DNA of 64,000 nt, taken from positions 69,297-133,296 of the forward strand of contig JAETPN010000002.1 of the NCBI GenBank assembly GCA_021771185.1, written 5' to 3'. Below the pieces are notes generated by a model. It saw only the letters and a list, made by a program, of their open reading frames with translations. It ran no database searches and was not told the origin of the DNA. Both the position numbers and the translations under genes were made by a program. Origin of the DNA: Bacillota bacterium (GTDB taxonomy: Bacteria > Bacillota_I > Bacilli_A > RF39 > UBA660). Each line of letters starts with the position of its first letter. The stretch's first letter is position 1. Of the stretch, positions 30,303 to 41,287 are shown piece after piece.

Positions 30303-31067
30303 TTATAAAATTAATAATTGAAATAACGTTTTAAATTCAATACCACTAAAAAATAAAATTAAAGCTGCAATACTTAAAAAAGGGCCAAAAGGAATCATAT
30401 TGGTCTTTTTTCTTATGAGAATATAAAGTGAAATTGGTAATCCAATAAAAGAGGCCAGGAAAATACTAATTAAAGCCATAGGCCAACCTAAAAAGAAACC
30501 AAAGAAAAACAATAATTTAATATCTCCCCCACCCATAGATTCTTTTTTGAATAAATAATCGCCAAAACACTTTAATAAAAACATACTAAGGAAAGCTAAA
30601 AAACCGTTAAAAAATGAAGTAAGACACATCGATAAGCCACCCTTGATGAAGAAACACATAAAAAGTAGTGCTGTCCCAACGATTAAAATTTCGTCTGGAA
30701 TAATCATAAAACGAAGATCACTAATAATAACAACCATCAACGTCGAAACAATGGTAAGTGCAATAAAAAAGTCAATGCTAAAACCATACAAGTAATAACT
30801 AAATGCAAATAAAAGTCCTGTAAATAATTCAAAACAAGGATATATCCATGAAATTTTTCTTTTACATGCCCTACACTTTCCACGAAGGCCTAAAAAAGAA
30901 AAAATAGGAATAAGTTCTAAAGGACTTAACTTATGATTGCAATAGGGACAATGAGAGGCTGGAAATACAATCGATTCTTCTTTTGGTAAACGGTATCCTA
31001 AAACATTAAAAAAAGAGCCGAACAAGAGTCCGAAAATAAAAGTTATACCTATATAATAAACTTCCAT
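30303..31067 (-). CDS. prepilin peptidase (A24 family, PilD/ComC)
   Basis: N-terminal CPYC..CRAC zinc finger, catalytic Asp in ISDLRFMIIPDE, 8 TM. Confidence 0.8.
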   Translation of the reverse strand: MEVYYIGITFIFGLLFGSFFNVLGYRLPKEESIVFPASHCPYCNHKLSPLELIPIFSFLGLRGKCRACKRKISWIYPCFELFTGLLFAFSYYLYGFSIDFFIALTIVSTLMVVIISDLRFMIIPDEILIVGTALLFMCFFIKGGLSMCLTSFFNGFLAFLSMFLLKCFGDYLFKKESMGGGDIKLLFFFGFFLGWPMALISIFLASFIGLPISLYILIRKKTNMIPFGPFLSIAALILFFSGIEFKTLFQLLIL

Positions 31068-31076
31068 ATATACCTC

Positions 31077-32516
31077 CTAAGCACCTTGAATAGCTCCATA
31101 CATTTTAAACATTGGAATAACAATCGAAAGAACAATTAACCCAACCATCGCTGTTAACATTACAATTAATAAAGGTTCAATAAAAATTTTAATACGTGCA
31201 ACAGCGTTTTTATGTAAATCTTGATAATACGCAGATACTTTTTCCATCATTTCTGGTAATTCTCCAGTACGCTCCCCAGTGACTAACATTTCATAAGCAG
31301 GAACTGGAAATGCCCAATGATCTTTAAAAGCTAACGAAATTCTTTCTCCAGTAGCTAAGTTTCTAATTGTATCATTAATTAATTCTTTATAAATTTCATT
31401 ATTGGTAATCTTTTTTAAAATTTTCATCGTATCTGTAATAAATACATTATGTGCCATTAAAGAACTAAATGTTTTTGTAAACATTGTAACTTCATTATAA
31501 ATGATGACATTTCCAAATACTGGAATATGCATTAAAACAATTTGAATAAATCGACGCACTCCAGTTACATTTTGATATAAATAACGCATTACTAAGATAA
31601 GAATCACAATACTAATCATAATCCATATGATATAATCTTTCATAAAACCACTCATATTCATTATGAATAAAGTAATTCCTGGAATCGCTGAGGCATCCAT
31701 ACTTTCAAAGATGTCAACAAATTGCGGAACAACAAATAACATTACAAAGGTTAATACCCCTAAAGCAATGATGAAAACGATACTTGGATACATCATAGCT
31801 GTAATCATTTGTTTTCTAGTCTGTTCCATCTCATCAAAATACACTGCTTGGTCGTCTAAGACCTCAGGCAATGATCCTGTCATCTCACTCGCACGAACCA
31901 TATTGATTAATAATCGAGGAAAAGCTTTTCCCTGTTTTTCCATAGCTTCACTAAAACTAACCCCTAAATTTAAATCATATACAAGCGATTTCATAATGCG
32001 CTGATAATGTTTATTTTTAAATTGGCGTGATAAAATTTCTAATGATTCTGCCAAAGGAATTCCAGCTTTAATATAAGTAGAAAGTTGGGTCAAGAAAAAC
32101 ACTAAATCTTTGGTTTTTATTTTGACGTTTCCACTTGCAGTATCTTTATGTAACAATGTAATCCAACGATTTGTTCGAATACTATATACTTCTAATCCCT
32201 CATTAATCAAGAATGAACGAACTTCCATTTTATTAAAAGCTTCAAAATACCCTTTTACTTGTTTTCCATGTTTATCTTTTGCAACATATTCATAAAGAAT
32301 CTTCTCTTTTACTTCACTACTTCTGTTTTTATTTTCACCAGCGTTTTTTTCTTCCTCTAAAAGTTCTAAATTTAAATCATCTGGTGTTTTTTCTCGTTTT
32401 AATATTTTTTTATTCGCTCCCGTTTTATGAAAACTTAAATCGGTAGTTAAAAATTGTTTTACTTTTTCTAAAGAAGAAGGTTCCTTTGAAAAACTTACAC
32501 TATGATCTAAAAACAT
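31077..32516 (-). CDS. type IV pilus assembly platform protein PilC/GspF family
   Basis: two GspF repeats; ORF open to 32768 but the PilC-like N-domain begins ~YEYVAKDKHGKQVKGYFEA, so start uncertain. Confidence 0.65.
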   Translation of the reverse strand: MFLDHSVSFSKEPSSLEKVKQFLTTDLSFHKTGANKKILKREKTPDDLNLELLEEEKNAGENKNRSSEVKEKILYEYVAKDKHGKQVKGYFEAFNKMEVRSFLINEGLEVYSIRTNRWITLLHKDTASGNVKIKTKDLVFFLTQLSTYIKAGIPLAESLEILSRQFKNKHYQRIMKSLVYDLNLGVSFSEAMEKQGKAFPRLLINMVRASEMTGSLPEVLDDQAVYFDEMEQTRKQMITAMMYPSIVFIIALGVLTFVMLFVVPQFVDIFESMDASAIPGITLFIMNMSGFMKDYIIWIMISIVILILVMRYLYQNVTGVRRFIQIVLMHIPVFGNVIIYNEVTMFTKTFSSLMAHNVFITDTMKILKKITNNEIYKELINDTIRNLATGERISLAFKDHWAFPVPAYEMLVTGERTGELPEMMEKVSAYYQDLHKNAVARIKIFIEPLLIVMLTAMVGLIVLSIVIPMFKMYGAIQGA

Positions 32517-32868
32517 ATCCGTATTTTTAGATGTTGGCTGCTTTAACTTCTTTGTCTTTGGTTTCGTTGGAATCCATCCTGTAAAAATGGTAGAACATCC
32601 ACGAACTATATAATACCATAGAACATCAAAACCTAAAAATATCATATGAAAAAAATGATAAACTTGCTTAGAACAAGCGATAAAGCCATGATAACAATAG
32701 CGCATCATATGATAAACAAAAATAAACGGCATGACATACCCTGGTTTATACATCCTAAACACCACCATTCTTTTTATTCTCTTACTATAAAATTATAACA
32801 TATTTTGGAAAAATAGAAAACATTATTGTAAAAAAAACATATAATATTTTAGAAAGGAGTCTTGTACT

Positions 32869-33249
32869 ATGAACTATTACAATCCTTACTATTATATGAT
32901 GTCTCCATCGGTAGCGAATTATCCTATCGGAACAGGGGCTACAGGGACAGGATTATTCTCACGTTTAACTGGGGGACTTCGAAATATTGGATGGTCAGGA
33001 ATTTTAAATAATACGCAACGAACTTTAGGTATTATCAATCAAACCATTCCACTTGTAAAACAAGCAACACCAATGTTTCGTAATGCTCGAACAATGTTTC
33101 AAATTATGAACGAATTTAAAAAAGATGATGCTCCTTTGATGCAGTCTTCTACAGTAGATACAAAGAATGTAGAAACTATTGCTAAGAAAACAGAACAGGC
33201 ACCAAAACAAGAAATCAATTATCATAACGGTCCCACGTTTTTCCAATAA
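32869..33249 (+). CDS. hypothetical protein
   Basis: 126-aa ORF, GGAG RBS. Confidence 0.3.
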   Translation: MNYYNPYYYMMSPSVANYPIGTGATGTGLFSRLTGGLRNIGWSGILNNTQRTLGIINQTIPLVKQATPMFRNARTMFQIMNEFKKDDAPLMQSSTVDTKNVETIAKKTEQAPKQEINYHNGPTFFQ

Positions 33250-33253
33250 AAAA

Positions 33254-33913
33254 TTAGAGATTTTCTCTAATTTTTTTTAATTGCTCCACCTCTTCTTTTA
33301 TCAAAGAATCTAAATCAAGGGAAGATTTTGTCATCTGTTTCATATGTGCCTTTTTCTTTTCATATAAAAACGTAAAATAATCCATTTCATTTTGTTTTAA
33401 TAAACATGGTCCATAACGTAATTGTATTTCTGAATAGTCTTCCATTCCTCGAACAAAATCTATAATCACGTAATATTTTTGTCTTTCATAAACTACTTTC
33501 TCATGTGCAATTTTAAATCCATGTTTTACCATATATGTTCTAAGTAGATATAAATGATTATTACTTTGAAGAATAAAATGGTTCCCTTTTTTCAAAATTT
33601 CTGGAGTTAAAATTCCCATCATAGTTTTTGTACCCATTCCTGCAAGAATAATTTGGTCATCAGGTTTAATTTCAATTTCTAAAAGACCATCGGCTACAAG
33701 CATTTGAATTTGATCCTCTACTTGATAACGTTTAAAATTTTTCTCTGCCTCCCACAAAGATTTTGGATTACAGTCTGTCGCAATAATATCATTTTTTCTT
33801 TTGTTTAAGGCAAAATAAATACATAAATAACCATGATTTGAACCAACATCAATAATTCTACCATCTTCCCAAACAAAAGAGGCTACAGCCTCTAATCTAT
33901 CCATTAATTTCAT
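33254..33913 (-). CDS. trmK: tRNA (adenine22-N1)-methyltransferase
   Basis: DVGSNHGYL motif; position immediately after sigA as B. subtilis yqfN. Confidence 0.65.
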   Translation of the reverse strand: MKLMDRLEAVASFVWEDGRIIDVGSNHGYLCIYFALNKRKNDIIATDCNPKSLWEAEKNFKRYQVEDQIQMLVADGLLEIEIKPDDQIILAGMGTKTMMGILTPEILKKGNHFILQSNNHLYLLRTYMVKHGFKIAHEKVVYERQKYYVIIDFVRGMEDYSEIQLRYGPCLLKQNEMDYFTFLYEKKKAHMKQMTKSSLDLDSLIKEEVEQLKKIRENL

Positions 33914-35007
33914 TAGTCACCCATATAATCTTTTAATTTACGTGAACGAGATGGATGACGTAATTTACGAAGTGCTTTCGCCTCAATTTGACGAATACGT
34001 TCACGAGTAACATTAAACATCTTCCCTACTTCTTCTAACGTTCTTGATTTTCCATCTTCTAATCCAAAACGTAAACGAATCACTTTTTCTTCACGTTCGG
34101 TTAGTGTTAATAAGATTTCTGAAATTTCATCTTTTAACATTTCATTTGTCGCATATTCTTCTGGGCTCATATTACGTTCATCTGGAACAAAATCCCCTAA
34201 GTGAGAATCATCTTCTTCGCCGATTGGCGTTTCTAAACTCACTGGTTCCTGACTAATTTTATAAATATCACGAATTTTTTCAACAGTGGTTCCCATTTTT
34301 TTCGCTAATTCTTCTTCCGTTGGTTCACGATTTAACTCTAGTGTTAATTGACGATGAACACGAGTTAATTTATTGATTGTTTCAACCATATGAACAGGAA
34401 CACGAATGGTACGTGCTTGATCAGCAATGGCACGTGTAATTGCCTGTCTAATCCACCAGGTTGCATAGGTTGAGAACTTGAAACCTTTCTCAACATCAAA
34501 TTTATCTACGGCTTTCATTAAACCAATATTTCCCTCTTGAATTAAATCAAGAAATAACATCCCACGACCAACATATCTTTTTGCAATACTTACCACAAGA
34601 CGAAGATTGGCTTCTGCTAATGTTGCTTTTGCAGACTCATCTCCTGCTACAATACGATCCGCAAGTTCTAATTCTTCCTCCATCGTTAATAACTTAATTT
34701 GCCCAATTTCTTTTAAGTACATACGAACAGGGTCATTAATTGTTAAATCTTTCGTTAAATCATCATCATCCAACAATAACTTTTTAGTAGAGTCTCCATC
34801 CGCATGATCACTTCCTGCTTCTTCTTCTGTAACCACCGCAATTTGATGTTCACTAAAAGTATTATATAAATCATCTAAACTATCAGCATCCAAATCAAGT
34901 CCTTTTAAAGACTTCGCTAATTGCTCATATGTAATAAATCCTTTTTCTTTTCCTAATTTAACTAACTCTTCTTTTCTTTCTTCCAATGTTTTAATCTCAT
35001 GTAACAT
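33913..35007 (-). CDS. sigA: RNA polymerase primary sigma factor
   Basis: region 2 [33 protein letters not shown], region 4. Confidence 0.95.
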   Translation of the reverse strand: MLHEIKTLEERKEELVKLGKEKGFITYEQLAKSLKGLDLDADSLDDLYNTFSEHQIAVVTEEEAGSDHADGDSTKKLLLDDDDLTKDLTINDPVRMYLKEIGQIKLLTMEEELELADRIVAGDESAKATLAEANLRLVVSIAKRYVGRGMLFLDLIQEGNIGLMKAVDKFDVEKGFKFSTYATWWIRQAITRAIADQARTIRVPVHMVETINKLTRVHRQLTLELNREPTEEELAKKMGTTVEKIRDIYKISQEPVSLETPIGEEDDSHLGDFVPDERNMSPEEYATNEMLKDEISEILLTLTEREEKVIRLRFGLEDGKSRTLEEVGKMFNVTRERIRQIEAKALRKLRHPSRSRKLKDYMGD

Positions 35008-35012
35008 ACTAT

Positions 35013-36776
35013 TTATTCTCCTTTTACTTTCAATTCTATAATTTTTTGTGCAATTTGTGCTTTCTCTAAGGGATCGGTAACTGTTTCCATTTGTCTTTTT
35101 AAACGTTGTTGTTCGTAAGTTACATTATATTCCCTAATCACACGCACATAATCTTCAATTTCTTCCAAATGATATGTTTCCTTTAAAGGTAACATTAAAA
35201 TATGACTTAAGGCATCAAGTAAAACTTGATTATCCCCTAAAAAACTTATAAAATCTGCCTCATTAATTTCATGATACGTTTTATAATAATAACTGATATT
35301 ACGCGCTAAAAAGCGATATACTTCGGTAGGCATATAAGTCATTTTTTTATCATAAATCTTAATAACCTCTGGCGATTTTAACATATAATAAATTAAATTT
35401 TGTTCTGCGAGTGTATATTTGCTCATGTGTGATCTTTTTACTTCTTGTTTCTCTTTTTTTAGTGAAGTAGAAGCTTGTCCACGATTTTTTAGTGATTTTT
35501 CTTCTACTTGTTTTTTTAAAAATTCCTCATCTAGTCCAGACTCTTTACTAATTTTTTGAATTGTAATCTCCTTTAATACTTCATCATTCATAGGAGCTAG
35601 TTCATTGATTACATCATGAATATACAAAGATAAATCTTCATTACTTGTTAAATCACGATGTTCTTTTAAATAAGAAATTTTAAAATCCATCACATTCATC
35701 GGATGATCTACTTTACGAAGAAATTTTTCTTTCCCATATTTTTTAATATATTCATCGGGATCTAGATTTTCCTCTAGTCGAACAATTTTCGGAGTGATGC
35801 CAACCGCAAGAAGTTCATTGGCACAAGCATACGTTGCTTTAGCCCCTGCAGCATCCCCATCAAAAACTAAAACAATATTTTTAGCCATACGTTTTAATAA
35901 AACAATGTGTTCTTTCGTAACTGCTGTACCCATCGTAGCAACAGCATTTTTAATACCAACACTATAAGCTCTAATAACATCCATAAAACCTTCCATAATA
36001 AGAATGGTATTTAATCTTCTAGCCTCATCTTTTGCACGATGATAATTATAAAGCATTTCACCTTTTTTAAAAATTTCTGTTTCTTTGGTATTAATATATT
36101 TAAAGTTTCCATCGCCTTTATAAATACGACCACTATAACCAACGATTTTTCCAGTAATATCCCATAGTGGAAACATAATACGATCACAATAAATATCTAA
36201 ATATCCATAATCGTTTTTAATTACTAAACCACTACGTAACATCTCTTCATAACGATAGTTTTTACTTAAAAATAATTTTGTTAAAACATCACGTTGTTGT
36301 AAAGCTAGACCAATCCCAAATTCACGGATAATGTCATCATTAATATCTCTCTGACTTAAATACTTTTTGGCTTCTACACCACGTGCTGTATGAATATTGT
36401 TCTGATAAAGTTTTTCACTCAACTCATACATTTCATACAAAGGCTCTAAATGTGCCGTATGCTTTTGTTTCGTATGAACGTCAATTTGAACATTTAACCC
36501 AGCTTTTTCAGCGACTAGCTTTACTGCTTCTGGAAAACTGATATTTTCATAATCCATCACAAAGCGAAAAACATTTCCAGTCGCACCACAAGAAAAACAT
36601 GTATAAATTTGTTTATCTTTCGATACACTCATACTAGGATTCGTGTCATCATGGAATGGACAAACGCCAAAAAAGTTTTTCCCTTTAGGTGTTAATGGCA
36701 AATAACTAGAAATAATGTCAACAATATCAACATTTTTACGTATTTCATTAATTTGTTCTGTGCTAATCATGGCCAT
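35013..36776 (-). CDS. dnaG: DNA primase
   Basis: zinc finger [20 protein letters not shown]; likely start ATG GCC ATG after AGGGAG (track uses TTG at 36809). Confidence 0.9.
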   Translation of the reverse strand: MAMISTEQINEIRKNVDIVDIISSYLPLTPKGKNFFGVCPFHDDTNPSMSVSKDKQIYTCFSCGATGNVFRFVMDYENISFPEAVKLVAEKAGLNVQIDVHTKQKHTAHLEPLYEMYELSEKLYQNNIHTARGVEAKKYLSQRDINDDIIREFGIGLALQQRDVLTKLFLSKNYRYEEMLRSGLVIKNDYGYLDIYCDRIMFPLWDITGKIVGYSGRIYKGDGNFKYINTKETEIFKKGEMLYNYHRAKDEARRLNTILIMEGFMDVIRAYSVGIKNAVATMGTAVTKEHIVLLKRMAKNIVLVFDGDAAGAKATYACANELLAVGITPKIVRLEENLDPDEYIKKYGKEKFLRKVDHPMNVMDFKISYLKEHRDLTSNEDLSLYIHDVINELAPMNDEVLKEITIQKISKESGLDEEFLKKQVEEKSLKNRGQASTSLKKEKQEVKRSHMSKYTLAEQNLIYYMLKSPEVIKIYDKKMTYMPTEVYRFLARNISYYYKTYHEINEADFISFLGDNQVLLDALSHILMLPLKETYHLEEIEDYVRVIREYNVTYEQQRLKRQMETVTDPLEKAQIAQKIIELKVKGE

Positions 36777-36869
36777 AATATCATACTCCCTATTAATAAT
36801 ATACGACAAAACTTTCTGATTTCCTTTTTTTTCGTGAAAATTTTTTAATTTTTTATAAAAAAGGGTATG

Positions 36870-37427
36870 TTATTCCCCTTTCATTAAATCTTTAATGGTT
36901 TCATAAACCTCATGTGGGTGTTCCATATTACGAAGTAACATCACTTGACATGGTTTTGTATTTTTTTTCATTTTAATATGACCAATTCCAAAAAAATAGT
37001 CTAAAAAATTTTGATAAGCAACCATATGAATCACTTCTTCATAATATAATTCACCATTTAAACGTGGATAATAATCATTTTCATAAGAAATACGATCTTT
37101 ATAAAGCGTAAACGTTACCCCACGGTATAATTTTTCTAAATATAAAGTATTTACATAGGCAGTAAGAAAATACATTGGAAATAACATAAGTAAGAATAAC
37201 AATGGTAGATCTTGCCAGAGACATATCCCGTACCCACATAGCATAATAAGACCAAAATAAACAATATGTCCTATTAAATAATTTAACACTTCATACCAAC
37301 GATGGTAAAACGGATGAAGAACGATGGGTTGATCACTTATTTCATCATTCACGATTTGTTCACTTCCACACGTTGGACAAACCTTTTTCCCTTCTGGTAT
37401 TTCCGCATAACATTTTGGACAAAACAT
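36870..37427 (-). CDS. zinc-ribbon membrane protein
   Basis: CPKC..CPTC N-terminus then 3 TM. Confidence 0.4.
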   Translation of the reverse strand: MFCPKCYAEIPEGKKVCPTCGSEQIVNDEISDQPIVLHPFYHRWYEVLNYLIGHIVYFGLIMLCGYGICLWQDLPLLFLLMLFPMYFLTAYVNTLYLEKLYRGVTFTLYKDRISYENDYYPRLNGELYYEEVIHMVAYQNFLDYFFGIGHIKMKKNTKPCQVMLLRNMEHPHEVYETIKDLMKGE

Positions 37428-37488
37428 AACATCACCTAATTTCTAATGAATAGTGTTTATTCTACCTCGAGAACGTTATTTTGTCAAA

Positions 37489-37512
37489 TTAAAAGAGGAG
37501 AATTCTCCTCTA
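37489..37512 (-). terminator. palindromic hairpin terminator (agaggagaattctcctct)
   Basis: perfect 18-bp palindrome; on the minus strand followed by TTTTAATTT; lies downstream of the orphan comEC 3' fragment. Confidence 0.5.
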
Positions 37513-37847
37513 TCTATATAAAACGCCAAACATACAAGACGTTTAGCGGACACTAAACATAGTTATACCATGATAACCTACTTTTAATATATCCATATAT
37601 AAAAGAAAATATGCATCAAAAGATACTTTTACTTATCTCTTCATAAATAGTATATTCACAAATCCAAAATTCGTGTATAAAATTAGTGTTTTTCAGTTTT
37701 ACCCCAAAACTTAATTTTTTTCATATAAGTTATGTTACATAAAATGATTCATATAATCTTTTCTCAAGATTTACTGCTAACTTCGTGTAATAATTTTTCA
37801 ATCTCTATATATTTAATTTGTTTCTCCCTATTGAATAATTTTTGAAC

Positions 37848-38174
37848 TTAGGAATTATAAGTTCTAATCTTATAATTATTTTTATTTAGTTTAATTTCTA
37901 TACTCCCATTGATATCTGTTCGGTAAATATCACAATAAGGATCAAGAGTATCAATCACACTTTCTTTTGGATGTCCATACCTATTATTCTTACCAACTGA
38001 TATCAAGCAATTTTTAGACTTTATATTATCAATAAAAACTTTACTACTACTTGTATTAAATCCACGATGGCTTACTTTTAAGAAATCTATCTCACTTAAA
38101 TTGTATTCATCAAGAATATCTTTTTCTCTATCTCTTTCGGCATCTCCCGCATGATCGAAGTCTCCATGTGGTGA
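37848..38174 (-). pseudogene. orphan 3' fragment of a comEC paralogue (C-terminal metallo-beta-lactamase domain, ~108 codons, frame intact)
   Basis: translates to SPHGDFDHAGDAERDREKDILDEYNLSEIDFLKVSHRGFNTSSS..NNRYGHPKESVIDTLDPYCDIYRTDINGSIEIKLNKNNYKIRTYNS*, colinear with the last 108 aa of ComEC; ~90% nt identity over the terminal 140 nt with 39233-39372, decaying further upstream. Confidence 0.6.
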
Positions 38175-38393
38175 TTATCGTTTATGAACACGAATGGGTT
38201 CCATTTATTTACAAAGAAAAAAAAGATCGCTAAAAGCAATCTATCGATGTTTCATATTAGTTACAGAAGATAAGTCATGCGATAAATCAAATGCCATTGC
38301 TCTACTATTATTTTTTAATAAATGTTTAGGATCATATGATGGATTAAATACTATTTTTTATGTCTAAATATTCAAAATTCATAAAATCGATGC

Positions 38394-39221
38394 CTACGTA
38401 ATATTATTTTTTTTACAAATTATTATTCCTATGGTTTTATCTTGAGTTATTTTTTTTAAATTTGAATCAATGTAATTCATATATATTTGTATTTGTCCTA
38501 TATGCTCCTTTTTCAATTCTATTACCTTCAACTCTACAACCACATAACAATTAAATTCAATATTATATAAAAGTAAATCAATATAATTATAACTATCACC
38601 TATTTTGATTTTATATTCACTATCTATAAATGAAAAACCATTACCAAGTTCCTTCATAAATTCAGTTATATTTTCTAATATTAAGTGATGTAATACTTTT
38701 TCACTAACTATATCAATATTGTTCTTATTCTTAATTAAAATAGGATTAGGCACTAGATCTTTGATTTTCAATTCATCGTTTTTTAAAATTTTATTTTTAT
38801 ACTCAACAGGCAATCTTTTATATTCTTTATTTTTTATAATTGACTCCAATTCTCTTTTGCTTAACCCTTTAAATAATGATTGTGAAATATAGTAATTAAT
38901 TTCGTTACTATCATTTAATTTAAATAATAATCTACAATGAGATATAGTTAATTGTGCACCCAATGGGTGCACTTTTATAAACAAATATAATTTTCTTATA
39001 TCAAATAAGTACCTAATACTATACTTCTTATTTAATTCTATTGATAATCTAAAAGAATAATCTTTGATAACGCTTTCACCATATTTGCCACTTACTTCAT
39101 ATAATAATTTTCCAATTTCTACATACGCATTTAGTTTATTCCTCTCTATCGAACATTTTTTAGCTTTACTATATATTTGTTCATCTATTATTTTATTTTT
39201 TATCTCATCATAATAATTCAT
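38394..39221 (-). CDS. YhcG/DUF1016-family PDDEXK nuclease-fold protein
   Basis: N-terminal DUF1016_N pattern (YVEIGKLLYE..KYGESVI..LS..L..YS.RYLFDIRKLY.F..QLTISHCRLL), C-terminal D..VVVELK motif. Confidence 0.6.
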   Translation of the reverse strand: MNYYDEIKNKIIDEQIYSKAKKCSIERNKLNAYVEIGKLLYEVSGKYGESVIKDYSFRLSIELNKKYSIRYLFDIRKLYLFIKVHPLGAQLTISHCRLLFKLNDSNEINYYISQSLFKGLSKRELESIIKNKEYKRLPVEYKNKILKNDELKIKDLVPNPILIKNKNNIDIVSEKVLHHLILENITEFMKELGNGFSFIDSEYKIKIGDSYNYIDLLLYNIEFNCYVVVELKVIELKKEHIGQIQIYMNYIDSNLKKITQDKTIGIIICKKNNIT

Positions 39222-39232
39222 CTTCTCACTCC

Positions 39233-41287
39233 TTACGGATTATAAGCTCTAATCTTATAATTATTTTTATTTAGTTTAATTTCTATACTCCCATTAATAT
39301 CTGTCCGATAAATATCACAATAAGGATCAAGAGTATCAAGCACTCTCTCTTTTGGATGACCATATCTATTATTTTCACCTACAGATATAAGACAATGTTT
39401 CGGTTTTAATTGATGGATAAAATCCTCACTAGAAGATGTTTCAGATCCATGATGTCCTACTTTTAAAAAATCAATATCACTTAAATTGTATTCATTCATG
39501 ATATCCTTTTCCCGTTTTTTCCCCGCATCTCCCATAAATAAAAATTGATAATCATAATACTTGAAATATACAACATTTGAATTATCATTTTCATTATCAT
39601 ATTTTTTTGTATTTAAAAAATAAAGTGTCTGATGGTGAATTTTTAACTGTTCTACATCATGATCGTATGGAATATCCTTTTTATTTAATAAATCAATGAG
39701 TTCTAATTCTAAATCATTATTTTCTCCCGAATTAAATATCACTCTTTTAATCTTAATATTACTTATTAAACAACTAGCGTCACCCGCATGATCATAATCA
39801 CCATGGGTTAAAATGAGGGCATCTAACGAAGTAATCCCTTGACTCTTTAAATATGGAACAATTTCCCGAAAACATCGTTTATGATCAAGTGTTCCACCAG
39901 TATCAATTAAAATATTTCCTTTGTGATGTGCGAGTGAAATTAGTGTACTATCCCCCTGTCCTACATCTAAAGACACTACTTTTGTTTGATCATCTAAATA
40001 AGGTAAAAAAAGATGAAATAAAAACAAACTAGCTAAAATATAACAGTATCTTTTATTATTTCTTTGAATCCCTTCAAAACAAAGAAAAATCAAGATCAAA
40101 TATAGAACATAAACCACGATAGGTAGAGCCTTAAAAGTGATCATCCAAGAACCATATTTTCCCATAAACGTAAATATTTTTTCTAAACCATAAAGACAAA
40201 TACTAAAGATAGGTTCTAACAGAGGAAAGAGAAAACTTAAGATACATAATGGAAAGATGAACACTTGAAATAGTGATGATAATAAGATATTAAAAACAAT
40301 CGAACATAAATTAAATTCAAAAGAAGTTGCAAGTGTGATTGGAATGCTTGCAATACCTGCGACCATAGAAACTCTAAACACTGAATGTTTTTGCTTTATA
40401 AAATTTTTAAAAGAAAGAAGAAAAAAAGAAACAACAAAACTATATAAAAAACTGGTTGAATAAATGATAAAAGGATTGATTAATAAAAAGAAGCAACACA
40501 AATAAACAAAAAGTTGAAGCGAGGTATATTTTAAATGATAGTTCTTATTAATCACATTTAACAAAAGAAAAAAGAAAGCTCGTAAAAGCGATGGACTTTG
40601 AAGCGTGAATAAAACATAACACATTAAAATAAAAAGTAAAATAAAGTATTTCTTTTTTTCTGATAGTTTAAAGGAAGATAAAAGATTCATCAGAAACACA
40701 CTAAAAATAGATAGATGCATTCCAGATAAAGCAAATAAATGACTAATCCCTAACTTTCTTATATTATGTTTATAAGAATCATCTAAATCACTTTGATCAC
40801 CCAAAAGGAACGTTTTATAATAAGCTTTCTCTTTTCTTGTTTCTATATAATGATATAATCTATTTTTTATAAGATCAAGAAAGCAATCAGAATGTTTGAT
40901 AACTTCAATTGTTCTTGCTTCCATCATCCAATAGACTTTCTTGCTCTTTAAATAATTTCGATAATTAAAAAGATGATTCATTCGATTTCGACGAGGACGT
41001 TTTAATTCTCCAGTAATAGATATCGTATCTCCAATTTTTAAATCTACACTTTGATAAACAAAAACCTGAATTTTTTCTTTTGCTTTGACCTCTAAAGTAG
41101 AATATTTTTCTTGATGTTTTATAGTCCTTACAACACCTATGATCTCATGATCATCCTCTGTATAAATTGTTCTTAATCCTATTTGATTACGAATAAAAGT
41201 AACCCAAAGTACAAAAAGAAAAAAACAAAAAATAAAATAGTTAGAGTGTAATATGCTCTTTAATTTTTGAAAATAAACTTTCACCAA
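39233..41287 (-). CDS. comEC: DNA internalization competence protein ComEC/Rec2
   Basis: polytopic competence domain + C-terminal metallo-beta-lactamase (HxHxDH as LTHGDYDHAG); 5' end overlaps comEA so true start may be downstream. Confidence 0.85.
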   Translation of the reverse strand: MVKVYFQKLKSILHSNYFIFCFFLFVLWVTFIRNQIGLRTIYTEDDHEIIGVVRTIKHQEKYSTLEVKAKEKIQVFVYQSVDLKIGDTISITGELKRPRRNRMNHLFNYRNYLKSKKVYWMMEARTIEVIKHSDCFLDLIKNRLYHYIETRKEKAYYKTFLLGDQSDLDDSYKHNIRKLGISHLFALSGMHLSIFSVFLMNLLSSFKLSEKKKYFILLFILMCYVLFTLQSPSLLRAFFFLLLNVINKNYHLKYTSLQLFVYLCCFFLLINPFIIYSTSFLYSFVVSFFLLSFKNFIKQKHSVFRVSMVAGIASIPITLATSFEFNLCSIVFNILLSSLFQVFIFPLCILSFLFPLLEPIFSICLYGLEKIFTFMGKYGSWMITFKALPIVVYVLYLILIFLCFEGIQRNNKRYCYILASLFLFHLFLPYLDDQTKVVSLDVGQGDSTLISLAHHKGNILIDTGGTLDHKRCFREIVPYLKSQGITSLDALILTHGDYDHAGDASCLISNIKIKRVIFNSGENNDLELELIDLLNKKDIPYDHDVEQLKIHHQTLYFLNTKKYDNENDNSNVVYFKYYDYQFLFMGDAGKKREKDIMNEYNLSDIDFLKVGHHGSETSSSEDFIHQLKPKHCLISVGENNRYGHPKERVLDTLDPYCDIYRTDINGSIEIKLNKNNYKIRAYNP

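Noticed and set aside
32517-32768. N-terminal 84-aa extension of the PilC ORF (MVVFRMYKPGYVMPFIFVYHMMRYCYHGF...)
   Set aside because: Cys/His/Tyr-rich, lacks an RBS, and overlaps the divergent promoter region of the 32869 gene. It is probably an open frame upstream of the real start, though the real start could not be fixed.
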